Under the pieces are notes generated by a model, which made no database searches, was not told the origin of the DNA, and saw only the letters and a program-made list of their open reading frames with translations. From Thermodesulfobacteriota bacterium (lineage in GTDB: Bacteria; Desulfobacterota; Desulfomonilia; UBA1062), in contig DAISYU010000002.1 in the NCBI GenBank assembly GCA_036825155.1, forward strand, positions 3,914-67,913: a stretch of 64,000 nt of DNA, read 5' to 3'. Shown here one piece after another: positions 48,487-57,667 of this stretch. A program made the translations under genes and the position numbers. Every line of letters begins with the position of its first letter. Positions within the stretch are counted from its first letter, which is position 1.

Positions 48487-50019
48487 TCAGAGCAGGCCCT
48501 CTACCTTCTGCAACAGTTCATTGGGGAGAAACGGCTTCTGCAGGAATGCAAAGTCCTTTATGTCCTGCTGTCTTACTACGTCTTCCCCGTAACCGGACAT
48601 CAGCATGATCTTTATCTCGGGAAGGATGGACTGCATCTTCTTTGCCAGCATCATTCCGTCTATTCTCCTCATTACCATGTCGGTTATGAGCAGGTCGATG
48701 GTTCCTTCATACTGTCTGGCAAGCTGCAGGGCATCCCCGCCATTCATGGCCGTAAGGATGTTATGGCCTTTCTGTTTAAGAATTTCACGGACAAGATCCC
48801 GAACCGTATCATCATCTTCCACTACGAGAATGGTCCTGGTCTCTGTTGAGGCCTCCCTCACGACCTCCTTCTCGGCCTCGGCGACTTTCAGAGTTCCCTT
48901 GAAGAACGGGAATAATATCCTGAACGTTGTTCCTGCGCCTTCTTTACTGTTTACAAATATGGCCCCGCCCGCTTCCTTCAGAATATTGTTCACCATCCAC
49001 AGCCCGATACCTTTGCCTGTCCCCTGCGTGGAAAAGAAGGGATCGAAGAGGTGATCTTTCACATCCTCGCTCATGCCCTCACCGGTATCCCTGAATGTCA
49101 GAAGTACGTACTCACCGTATGATACGTTCTGATAGGTGAGCGAATTTGTATTGTTGACCTCTACAGCCTCTGTGGAAATAGTTATCTCACCGCCTCTGGG
49201 CATTGCATCTCGTGCATTGACTACAAGGTTCAACAAGAGCTTTGAAAACTGCAACGGATCGATTCTCACCATCTTCAGACTGGGCGCCTTCTGAATGGTC
49301 AGCTGGACCCTATCCTTGATCACATGTTTGAGTATGGCCTCCTGATTGGACAGCTCTTCGTTAATATCAATGATCTTTGTTTCTGACTTGCGCCTTCGGC
49401 TGAACTCAAGGATTTTCTGCGTGAGCATGGATGCCTGCGTACCGGCCTGACTTATCTGGAAAATTTTAGAATACAGGGGGTTGTTCTGATCCATCGTGGA
49501 CAGGATTATGTCTGCATACCCATTGATAACGGTAAGCAGATTGTTGAAATCATGAGCGAAGCCACCGGCAATCTGCCCGATCGTTTCAATTCCTGCTGAA
49601 TGAAGAAGATTTTGCTCGTGGACCTTCTGGTCAACTATATCCAGGGCCTGATAATGAAAGAAGACCACCTTTCCATCAGTTACAATCGGTCTTCCGCTGA
49701 CAAGGAGATGTATGATCCGTCCATCGTTGGACATCATACGGATCTGGTAGTTGACCTCTTTCTTCTGTGTACTGCTTTCCTTCCAGAGACGCACTGCCTT
49801 TTCTCTGTCGTCTTTATGGATATAGTTCAGAATATTCTGGCCGATGACATTATCCGGCAGGGTTTTCTGACCATAGAAAAGCTCACAGGCTCTCCTGTTG
49901 ACCTTTGTCAGCAACCCGTTCTCATCGGTAAGAACAGATATGGCTGCCGCATTCTCGAAGAGATCTTCAAAAAAGGATTCCTGCCTTGAGAACGTTTCAA
50001 GAATTGCATGATCCCTCAT
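48487..50019 (-). CDS. PAS-domain hybrid sensor histidine kinase (HisKA-HATPase-REC)
   Basis: H-box GGFAHDFNNLLTVI, an ATPase G-boxes region and a C-terminal receiver (ILVVEDDDTVRDL...DMVM). Confidence 0.8.
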   Translation of the reverse strand: MRDHAILETFSRQESFFEDLFENAAAISVLTDENGLLTKVNRRACELFYGQKTLPDNVIGQNILNYIHKDDREKAVRLWKESSTQKKEVNYQIRMMSNDGRIIHLLVSGRPIVTDGKVVFFHYQALDIVDQKVHEQNLLHSAGIETIGQIAGGFAHDFNNLLTVINGYADIILSTMDQNNPLYSKIFQISQAGTQASMLTQKILEFSRRRKSETKIIDINEELSNQEAILKHVIKDRVQLTIQKAPSLKMVRIDPLQFSKLLLNLVVNARDAMPRGGEITISTEAVEVNNTNSLTYQNVSYGEYVLLTFRDTGEGMSEDVKDHLFDPFFSTQGTGKGIGLWMVNNILKEAGGAIFVNSKEGAGTTFRILFPFFKGTLKVAEAEKEVVREASTETRTILVVEDDDTVRDLVREILKQKGHNILTAMNGGDALQLARQYEGTIDLLITDMVMRRIDGMMLAKKMQSILPEIKIMLMSGYGEDVVRQQDIKDFAFLQKPFLPNELLQKVEGLL

Positions 50020-50152
50020 TGTATATGCTCCTTGTCTTTTATCATGCCTGCAAAGGACAGTATATGAAAATCTATCGGCACAAACAGCCTCTATGATGAG
50101 CAGATAATGGATATTACCCCTCAGGGAAACAGGTTGTTCCAGGGGGAAATTC

Positions 50153-52444
50153 CTATGTCAGGATATCGGCAAGAACACGTGAGAGTTCGCTCATGTTGAA
50201 GGGCTTATTGAGTTTTGCGGCAATGAGCGGGTTGTTGAGTATATCATGCTTCTCGTGTTCAAAGGAAAAACCCGAAGAGATAATGACCTTGGTGTCGCTG
50301 CCGATCCTTTCCATCTCCTTTAAGGTATGGTATCCGTCGAGTCCCGGCATGATCATATCAAGTATGATCAGGTCGAAACCTGTTTCATCCTTCTTCAGTT
50401 TATCCAGACACGCATGACCGTCAGACGCCGTGTCCACTTCATGTCCCAGGAACTCGAGCATCTCCTTTCCGATCTCCCGCAACATTACTTCATCGTCCAC
50501 AAGGAGTACCCGGGCCCTGGATGTCTCAGGGCGGACGTCTCTGCCATCTGAAGTCTTGACGTCACCTTTCGCCCGGGAGAGGGGAAGCAGGATGGTGAAC
50601 CTGGATCCTTTTCCTTCTTCCGACTGCACCTGAATGCTTCCTCTCGCATTCTTGACGATATTGTACGTGATGGAAAGTCCGAGCCCCATTCCCTTGTTCG
50701 GTCCCTTTTCCTTCGTGGAGAAGAACGGATCGAAAACCTTGGGAAGGATCTCCGAGTTCATGCCGCATCCATTGTCGATAACATCGATCTTGATATACTT
50801 GCCGACAGTTTCCAGGAGATACTGTCTCTTGATATCATTGTCCACGGTGATGGTCTGGACATCGATGGTGATGCTGCCGTTCTGGTTGTCATCTATGGCA
50901 TCCTTCGCGTTTACAATGAGGTTTAAAAGTACCTGAGTAAGCTGTGTATGATCCATGTAAACATTATATCTGCCGTTAACATCGGGAATATCGATCCGTA
51001 TGTTCTTGGGGATGGACTTTGAAGCCATGACGAGCACTTCCTGCAATACCTGCTGTATGGAGATATTTTCCGGCTTTCCCTCGTTTCTTCTGGTGAAGAC
51101 CAGCATCTGCTGAACAAGGTCCCGCGCCCTGTCTGATATCTTTTCAAGGGTTTCGATATAGCCGATCTGTTTCTCTCTGTCGGTTGTATACCTCAACATT
51201 GAAAGATTTCCGGAGATCCCGGTGAGGATATTGTTGAAATCATGAGCAACGCCACCGGCAAGCTCTCCGATGGTCTCCATCTTCTGCGCATGAACGAGTT
51301 GGACCTCCATATGTTTTTTTTCCGTAATATCCACGGCTGTGAAGACCACACCCCCGTAGACGGGATTCATCAGAGGATAGATGCTGATGTCAAAGATCTG
51401 TTTCGAGGTATCCGACAGGGTCTGCTCATGGAAGAACTGCGGCACGTTGCTGTCCTGAACGCTCTGTATAACCTCGGCAAAAACAGCCATCTGGGAGCTC
51501 AATGACGAGATGCTGTTACCAAGGACAGATCGAACCGGTTTATGGAAAATTCTCTCTGTTATGGGATTAGCCATCTGGATCTTCGCGTTGCGGTCCAGAC
51601 AGATGATCATATTGGGGCTCGATTCGATAATGCTGTTCAGATAATTCTTGAGATCTTCTATGGTGTGTTGGGCCTTTTTCAAATCCGAGATCACCTGGGC
51701 ATTGTACTGGATCTCGACTATCTTGCCTGCTTTCTTCACGGCGGAGCCGCTTGCCAGCAGGTATACGGTCTGCCGGTCTTTGGAGAGTGCTCTCAGCTCG
51801 AACCGGGGTGTCTCTCCCGCGAGGATCTTCCTCCAGAAATCGACATAAAGATCCTTGTCATCAGGATGTGCAATCATCAGGATGCTCTGGCCGATCATGT
51901 CTTTCCTGCTGTACCCGGATTCTACCTCCACCTTCTTGTTAAGTCGTTTTATATACCCGTAGGCATCTGTTGTGATGATAAATTCATTGGCGTTTTCAAA
52001 AAGGGCCTCAAAGCGTTCCCGGTTTTCCCTGAGCTGTTCCTCAAGTCGTCTACGCTTCGTGACATCGGTTACCAGTCCACAGAACCCGATGGGATTTCCC
52101 GACTCATCCTTGAACAGTGAGACCGAGTTTTCTATAATCTTCTTCTTGCCGTCTAAGAGGATGATTTCATATTCAATCCTCTGGGGTATCCCGGTGTTGA
52201 AAGCTTTATTGAAGGTCTTGTATACCCGGCGGGCAGTGTTCTTGGTTGTATATTCCCTAAAGTTCATCCCGATAAGATTTTCTCTCGGCAGCTCAGATAT
52301 CTTGCACACGGTATCATTCACATAGGTAAATGTACCGTTGAGGTCTATCTCGTAGTATCCCTCCTGCATGTCATCGAGGATCTTTCTGTTTCTCGTATTC
52401 ACCATTGAAATCCTTTGATGAACTGATCGGGAAAATGAAATCAA
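50153..52444 (-). CDS. multi-PAS hybrid sensor histidine kinase with C-terminal receiver
   Basis: 763 aa with at least three PAS-like segments, an H-box GGVAHDFNNILTGI and a receiver (VLLVDDEVMLREI...DMIMPGLDG). Confidence 0.8.
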   Translation of the reverse strand: MISFSRSVHQRISMVNTRNRKILDDMQEGYYEIDLNGTFTYVNDTVCKISELPRENLIGMNFREYTTKNTARRVYKTFNKAFNTGIPQRIEYEIILLDGKKKIIENSVSLFKDESGNPIGFCGLVTDVTKRRRLEEQLRENRERFEALFENANEFIITTDAYGYIKRLNKKVEVESGYSRKDMIGQSILMIAHPDDKDLYVDFWRKILAGETPRFELRALSKDRQTVYLLASGSAVKKAGKIVEIQYNAQVISDLKKAQHTIEDLKNYLNSIIESSPNMIICLDRNAKIQMANPITERIFHKPVRSVLGNSISSLSSQMAVFAEVIQSVQDSNVPQFFHEQTLSDTSKQIFDISIYPLMNPVYGGVVFTAVDITEKKHMEVQLVHAQKMETIGELAGGVAHDFNNILTGISGNLSMLRYTTDREKQIGYIETLEKISDRARDLVQQMLVFTRRNEGKPENISIQQVLQEVLVMASKSIPKNIRIDIPDVNGRYNVYMDHTQLTQVLLNLIVNAKDAIDDNQNGSITIDVQTITVDNDIKRQYLLETVGKYIKIDVIDNGCGMNSEILPKVFDPFFSTKEKGPNKGMGLGLSITYNIVKNARGSIQVQSEEGKGSRFTILLPLSRAKGDVKTSDGRDVRPETSRARVLLVDDEVMLREIGKEMLEFLGHEVDTASDGHACLDKLKKDETGFDLIILDMIMPGLDGYHTLKEMERIGSDTKVIISSGFSFEHEKHDILNNPLIAAKLNKPFNMSELSRVLADILT

Positions 52445-52529
52445 AACTTAATATATCAAGAACCCTCATGGTATGTTAAAAAATCTGCGTATACGATCCA
52501 GAATCGATCGTTTTCACGAGGTATGTAAG

Positions 52530-53441
52530 ATGAAGCAAGACAGCATACAAGAGGTCATAGATCACCTGCACAGTGTCTTTCTCGGACAGGAAGATGTGGT
52601 GAAATCGATCCTGTGTGCCTTTTTCGCCGGAGGCCATGTCCTGCTGGAAGGTGTCCCCGGTGTGGGCAAGACATTGATTGCACTTGCATTGTCCCAATTA
52701 CTCCACCTGAGTTTCAAACGTATCCAGTTTACCAATGACATGCTGCCATCCGATGTAACAGGTTTTCATACATTTCAGAGCGGGTCTACGAAGCTCGATC
52801 TGATGAAAGGGCCCATCTTTGCCAGTATCGTACTGGCCGACGAAATCAACAGGACATCTCCAAAGACCCAGTCGGCACTGCTTGAAGCAATGGAGGAGAA
52901 CCAGGTCACCATCGACGGCATCACCTATGAACTCCCGAAACCTTTCATGGTGATCGCAACGCAGAATCCTGTCGAGGTTGCAGGCACCTTTCCCCTGCCT
53001 GAGAGCCAGCTGGACAGGTTCCTGATGAATGTCAAGGTGGGCTACCCCCCGCTTGAAGAGGAAAAAGAGATCCTCAGGAAGGATATCGACCATAAAGATG
53101 CGCTGCGACTCAGCCCGATCATGGACAAGGATACCATCATGGGACTCATATCCGGGGTATCCGGGGTACTCGTTCACAAGGATGTTCTCGACTATATGGC
53201 TGCGATTGTCCGGACAAGCCGCGCGCATGAAAAGATTGAACTCGGGATATCACCCCGTGGGGGGCTGGCGCTCAAGAGGGCATCCCAGGCTTGGGCTTTC
53301 CTGCACGGAAGGGGATATGTCACCCCCGGGGATGTCAAGAAAGTAAGTCCCATGGTCCTGGCGCACAGGATCATTATCAAGGATGGTGACCCATATGGCA
53401 TCATCGAGGACGTCGTCAATGAGGTTGGCATCCCTGTTTAG
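52530..53441 (+). CDS. MoxR-family AAA+ ATPase
   Basis: Walker A GVPGVGKT, Walker B ILADEINR and MoxR-like length. The start at MKQDS is more plausible than the ORF-track start at 52473. Confidence 0.85.
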   Translation: MKQDSIQEVIDHLHSVFLGQEDVVKSILCAFFAGGHVLLEGVPGVGKTLIALALSQLLHLSFKRIQFTNDMLPSDVTGFHTFQSGSTKLDLMKGPIFASIVLADEINRTSPKTQSALLEAMEENQVTIDGITYELPKPFMVIATQNPVEVAGTFPLPESQLDRFLMNVKVGYPPLEEEKEILRKDIDHKDALRLSPIMDKDTIMGLISGVSGVLVHKDVLDYMAAIVRTSRAHEKIELGISPRGGLALKRASQAWAFLHGRGYVTPGDVKKVSPMVLAHRIIIKDGDPYGIIEDVVNEVGIPV

Positions 53442-54342
53442 CCGTCTGAAACCCCCGCGCGGGTTTCGCCTTACCAAAGCAGGGAAGATCTTTTTCCTGT
53501 TCCTGCTGGCAATCATAGTCGTGGCAATGCTGACCGGGAACAACCTCCTGTTCCTGATCCTGGCCGGCATGCTTTCTTTCATGATCGTCTCGGGTATCGA
53601 GTCGGAGAGAAATATCCGTTATCTGGAAATGTCACGAGGCGTTCCTTCAGAGATCTTTGCAAAAAGACCGGCACACATTCACTACGCTGTACGGAACACT
53701 ACCCTGACCTCAAAAAGACTCGTCATAGAAGACTCGGAAAAGATGCTGCTCGGTCGTCTCGTCAAAGGATCAACCGAGAAACTCGAGGCCGGACATATCT
53801 TCCCGAAGAGAGGTGATTTCCGTCTCGGCAAGGTCGAGGTGTCCACCACGTATCCGTACGGTCTCTTCGAGAAGTCCATATCCTTTGATCTTTCCGAGGA
53901 CATCGTCGTGTTTCCGGAACCCCTTGTGCACACCTTGTATGCATCCTCCGGGTCCGACGGCCAGGGGAGGGGACTTGCTCACGACAGCATATCCCACGTG
54001 AGAGGGTATGTACCGGGCGACCCGCTATCGAGCATCGTGTGGAAAAAGCAGCATCTGGGACTCATCTCCCGGGTTGTGGAAGGAGGATCCGGCGCCAGCG
54101 GTGTGGTTGTGCTGCTCCCGGAAGGAGACCTGGAACGCAAACTCAGTCATGCGACCTTCATTATCCTTGAACTGCAGAAACAAAGGAGCCCGTTCGGTCT
54201 CATCATGAACGATTATTTCAGCGGCATCGGTGTATCACGGGACCATAAATTCGAGATCCTCAGGCATCTTTCCCGTGCAACAGCCATAACGAGTCCGCGT
54301 AAGGTAGATCTCAATGGAAGAACTCAATTCATCTACCTCTAG
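53419..54342 (+). CDS. DUF58-domain protein (MoxR partner)
   Basis: Two N-terminal TM helices and a DUF58-like motif (HVRGYVPGDPLSSIVWKK). The start is uncertain and overlaps the moxR end. Confidence 0.65.
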   Translation: MRLASLFSRLKPPRGFRLTKAGKIFFLFLLAIIVVAMLTGNNLLFLILAGMLSFMIVSGIESERNIRYLEMSRGVPSEIFAKRPAHIHYAVRNTTLTSKRLVIEDSEKMLLGRLVKGSTEKLEAGHIFPKRGDFRLGKVEVSTTYPYGLFEKSISFDLSEDIVVFPEPLVHTLYASSGSDGQGRGLAHDSISHVRGYVPGDPLSSIVWKKQHLGLISRVVEGGSGASGVVVLLPEGDLERKLSHATFIILELQKQRSPFGLIMNDYFSGIGVSRDHKFEILRHLSRATAITSPRKVDLNGRTQFIYL

Positions 54343-56176
54343 ACTCTCCCTGATCACCACCGGCATATCTTTTGCCGGCATGGTCTGCCTGGCGCTTGCA
54401 GACCTCTTGCCCTGGCCTGCATTCATGGTCCTGTTCCTGATCCATCTTTTGGTCTTAAGGTTTTTTTATGTTAAGATCCCGGTTGCAGCATTACCGGTGG
54501 TTCTCGTCTCGCTGCTGTTTATCTGCTTCGAGCTCTTAAGGGTATATCTTGAAGGCAGAGAGATGATGATCCCGGCCCTTCGGGACATTATCGTTTTCTT
54601 TGCTATTATCAGGCTGGTACTGCCCAAGACAACCAGAGAGATCTACCAGATCGTCGGAATAGCTCTTGCTGAATGTATCCTTGCCACCATCTTCACTCAG
54701 AGCCCCCTGTTTCTCATCGGTCTTATCCTTATGGTGTGCCTTATCCCCATTGCCCTGTACCACCTGGACCGTATCGGGTACGGGGAGGAAAGAGACGTCC
54801 CGGACCATGGAGCTTTGCACTGGCCCGGGGTATGGTTCGGTATCATTTTAACCTCTACCATCCTGTTCTACATCATTCCCCGGCCCTCATCCACCATCAT
54901 CAAATCAGGCCTGTTCACCAAGCCCACGACTGGATTCTCGGAGGAGGTGGACCTGAAAAGGACCGAGACCCTCGAAGTAGACTCACGTGTTGTCATGAGA
55001 ATCGTATGGGCTCAGGGCAAGCCCCCGGATACATTCTATCTTGCCGGGGCCCGGCTCGAGAAATTCTCATCGAGCGGGTTTTCAAGAGAATCGTCTGAAC
55101 AGGAAAAGGTTCCGCGCGGTGCGTTCTTCACGGACAGGGTCACAATCTACCCCACCGGCATTGCCGCAAGAAATGTATTTCATCCTTTCCGTCTCTCTGC
55201 AACAATCCCGGCAAACATCGTGCAGGAAGGAAAAAACTACTATTGGATCAGGGATGTTCCGCCGGTCTATGATGTATGGGTGGACAGGTCCCGGCCTGAC
55301 GATGAGCCCTGCGACACTTCTGTCCCCGGCGAGGCCGCCGATATAGGGATCCTGGGCAGAAACCTGGCAGGTACGGGGTCTCCGGAACAACAGGTCCAAA
55401 GGCTTGCCGGGTATCTTCGCACGCATTATGCCTATTCACTCAGCGGTGTGGACAACCCCGGGAGTTCTTCCCCCATGGCATGGTTTGTCTTTCAGGCCAG
55501 AAGGGGCAGCTGCGAATACTTTGCCTCGGCCCTGGCCGCAATGATCAGGGGATGCGGCATACCGGCACGGGTGGTCACCGGATTCTTTGTCCATGAGTTC
55601 AATACCAACGGGGAATACTTCATGGTCAGATCGAGCGATGCCCATGCCTGGGTGGAATACTGGGACGGTTCCTGGCACATCGCAGATGCCACACCCAGGG
55701 CAGAGACCCTGGTACAAAACCGTTCGAATCTCTTCGATACGCTCCGCTTCAGTTGGATACGGTGGGTCATACAGTATTCCCTCGAGGATCAGATGCACCT
55801 TGCCAGGGTTGTCCTATTCAGGTCCCCTGATATCGACAGCGAGATGGGATATGCCCTGTACACAGGCATGGGAATCTTTCTCAGCGCCGGTATCATCTGG
55901 CTGATTTATTTCACCCTCAGGTTGAGATCCCTGCCTGCATACACAAAGGTCTTACGGGCATTTAAAAAGAAAGGGGTGGCCTTAAGCGGGCAGGATTCCC
56001 ACGAACAGCACTTAAGCCAGGTCACACATCAATGGGCAGCCATTGCCCATGATTTCCAGGGGTACCTCAGTGTCTATCTGGCATGGCGTTTCGGCGGCAG
56101 AAAGATCGATATCACCGGACACACGGTTGAGATGCTGGACAAGATCCGCTCGACCCCGCGGCCGAAGAACTCCTGA
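54314..56176 (+). CDS. transglutaminase-like membrane protein (DUF3488 + transglutaminase core)
   Basis: Multi-TM N-terminus and a transglutaminase Cys motif (GSCEYFASALAAMIRGCGIPARVVTGF) with downstream His/Asp (DAHAWVEYWD). Confidence 0.75.
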   Translation: MEELNSSTSRLSLITTGISFAGMVCLALADLLPWPAFMVLFLIHLLVLRFFYVKIPVAALPVVLVSLLFICFELLRVYLEGREMMIPALRDIIVFFAIIRLVLPKTTREIYQIVGIALAECILATIFTQSPLFLIGLILMVCLIPIALYHLDRIGYGEERDVPDHGALHWPGVWFGIILTSTILFYIIPRPSSTIIKSGLFTKPTTGFSEEVDLKRTETLEVDSRVVMRIVWAQGKPPDTFYLAGARLEKFSSSGFSRESSEQEKVPRGAFFTDRVTIYPTGIAARNVFHPFRLSATIPANIVQEGKNYYWIRDVPPVYDVWVDRSRPDDEPCDTSVPGEAADIGILGRNLAGTGSPEQQVQRLAGYLRTHYAYSLSGVDNPGSSSPMAWFVFQARRGSCEYFASALAAMIRGCGIPARVVTGFFVHEFNTNGEYFMVRSSDAHAWVEYWDGSWHIADATPRAETLVQNRSNLFDTLRFSWIRWVIQYSLEDQMHLARVVLFRSPDIDSEMGYALYTGMGIFLSAGIIWLIYFTLRLRSLPAYTKVLRAFKKKGVALSGQDSHEQHLSQVTHQWAAIAHDFQGYLSVYLAWRFGGRKIDITGHTVEMLDKIRSTPRPKNS

Positions 56177-56234
56177 CAGATTGAGATTGCTTCGTCCGCC
56201 GCGGCGGACTCGCAATGACAGGGGGTTGTTCAAG

Positions 56235-56277
56235 CCTTTTAGGCTGTAGGTGCCCTGAAAAAAATGCCCTTGGGGTG
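56235..56277. repeat. copy C of dispersed motif CCTTTTAGGCTGTAGGTGCCCTGAAAAAAATGCCCTTGGGGTG
   Basis: Near-identical to 12696-12745. Its first 16 nt form a perfect inverted repeat with 56366-56381. Confidence 0.7.
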
Positions 56278-56413
56278 AAGCCTTTTCTGCTATAGGCTGA
56301 AGGCTGTTAGGTGTTTTGTAGGTATATTCAATTCATTATCAGACAGAAGCTTTATATCCTAAAAGCCTACAGCCTAAAAGGCTATTTCTTGAATTCTGTT
56401 CTTATAGAGGGTT

Positions 56414-56562
56414 CCTGTTCCCCAAGTCCTGATTAGTTTTTAGGGTCTTTCCTTCTGCCCTCTGCCTGAGATCCTGAGCTCACTGGTTATACTGCCTTAG
56501 GTCTTGAGCTCACTGGCTCGATCTGCCTGGGATCTTGTTCCCCAAATCTTGACTATTAGTTA
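56414..56562. repeat. short tandem direct repeats (about 25-30-nt unit x3) flanked by a GTTCCCCAA(G/A)TC(C/T)TGA direct repeat
   Basis: CTGCCTGAGATCCTGAGCTCACTGG, CTGCCTTAGGTCTTGAGCTCACTGG and CTGCCTGGGATCTTGTTCCCC. The flank repeats lie at 56414-56440 and 56536-56562. Contiguous repeats with no spacers, so not CRISPR. Confidence 0.55.
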
Positions 56563-56622
56563 TTCTGGCTACTGGATTCTGTCTTGATATAAAGTCTATA
56601 GCCGCCTATACCCCGGATTCTT

Positions 56623-56666
56623 CCAATACTCCAGTACTCCAACACTCCAACACTCCAGTACTCCAC
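56623..56666. repeat. tandem array of five NNACTCCA 8-mers
   Basis: ATACTCCA GTACTCCA ACACTCCA ACACTCCA GTACTCCA. The same 8-mer array occurs at 3199-3226, and inverted at 2942-2963 and 264-287. Confidence 0.65.
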
Positions 56667-56741
56667 TGTCAAGAGCCTGGACTGCTCGAATAACGCAAAG
56701 GATTACTATAGAATCGATGGCACCCGGAATAAGGCTTTCTT

Positions 56742-57554
56742 CTACGGCGTGATAACGAGTTCAACGCGCCTGTTCATGGATCTCCCCTCTTCAGACTTTG
56801 AATCTGCGATGGGTTTTGTCTCTCCGTATGATATGGCGCACATCTTGTCTTTGGGTATTCCGAGTTCGTTGAGTACGATAAGCACGGACATGGACCTGGC
56901 TTGTGCAAGATGCCAGTTGGTAGGATAAACCCTGCTCATTTCGTTTGATACGGGGGTGTTGTCCGTGTGGCCGCCGATCTCTACATATATGGGATCCATC
57001 TGTTTCAGACCGCGGGCGATCTTGCCGATCAGGCCGGCTCCCTTCGGGGTGAGCCAGGCACTCCTGGCATTCGGGAATATTGATCGCTGCGGGATAACGA
57101 TCTTGATCTTGTCCTGACTCCGAATAATATATGCCTGGTCATTGAGCCGTTCCGTTTCCAGGTAGGCAAGGATGTATTCATAGGCCTTGTTCATCCGCCA
57201 CTGTGCTTCTTTCCTCTCCTGGATAATGGCATTGAAACGGGAAATCTGCTTCAGCAAAGCCTTTTTTTCCTCGAGACATTGTATGTTCTTATCCAGGAGC
57301 TGCTGTCTCTCGTCAACCGATGCGGAAAGCTGTGAAGATGCATCCTTCAGGTTTTCCTGGGTATCGTTCATCAGTTTTTTCAGGGTGGCATTCTCGTCCC
57401 GGGTCATCTTCAGCTGTTCGGTGCAGGTATTCAGCTCATCCACAACAGCATTGAATTCCTCCGGTGAATATTTATGGGCGCACCCCATGGTCAGGGACAT
57501 CAACATGACAAGCAGGAACAATGGAATTGTATGTCTCATATATAATGCATACAT
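56742..57554 (-). CDS. OmpA/MotB-family peptidoglycan-binding lipoprotein with coiled-coil region
   Basis: Lipobox LTMGC, a long coiled-coil-like middle and a C-terminal OmpA-like domain (NRRVELVITP). The start at 57554 (MYALYMRH) is preferred over the ORF-track start. Confidence 0.65.
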   Translation of the reverse strand: MYALYMRHTIPLFLLVMLMSLTMGCAHKYSPEEFNAVVDELNTCTEQLKMTRDENATLKKLMNDTQENLKDASSQLSASVDERQQLLDKNIQCLEEKKALLKQISRFNAIIQERKEAQWRMNKAYEYILAYLETERLNDQAYIIRSQDKIKIVIPQRSIFPNARSAWLTPKGAGLIGKIARGLKQMDPIYVEIGGHTDNTPVSNEMSRVYPTNWHLAQARSMSVLIVLNELGIPKDKMCAISYGETKPIADSKSEEGRSMNRRVELVITP

Positions 57555-57667
57555 ACTAACTTCTCTATTTTGTGTCAATGCCCTGACTTTTCTTGGAACA
57601 AAAGCAGGGCTTTTGCTTCCATCTGTGTGGACAAGGGCATGCACTGTGGGTATAATCCGCCTTGAAT

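Noticed and set aside
56414-56562. Possible CRISPR array, because of the short direct repeats
   Set aside because: The repeats are contiguous, imperfect and only about 25-30 nt, with no unique spacers between them and no cas genes anywhere in the window.
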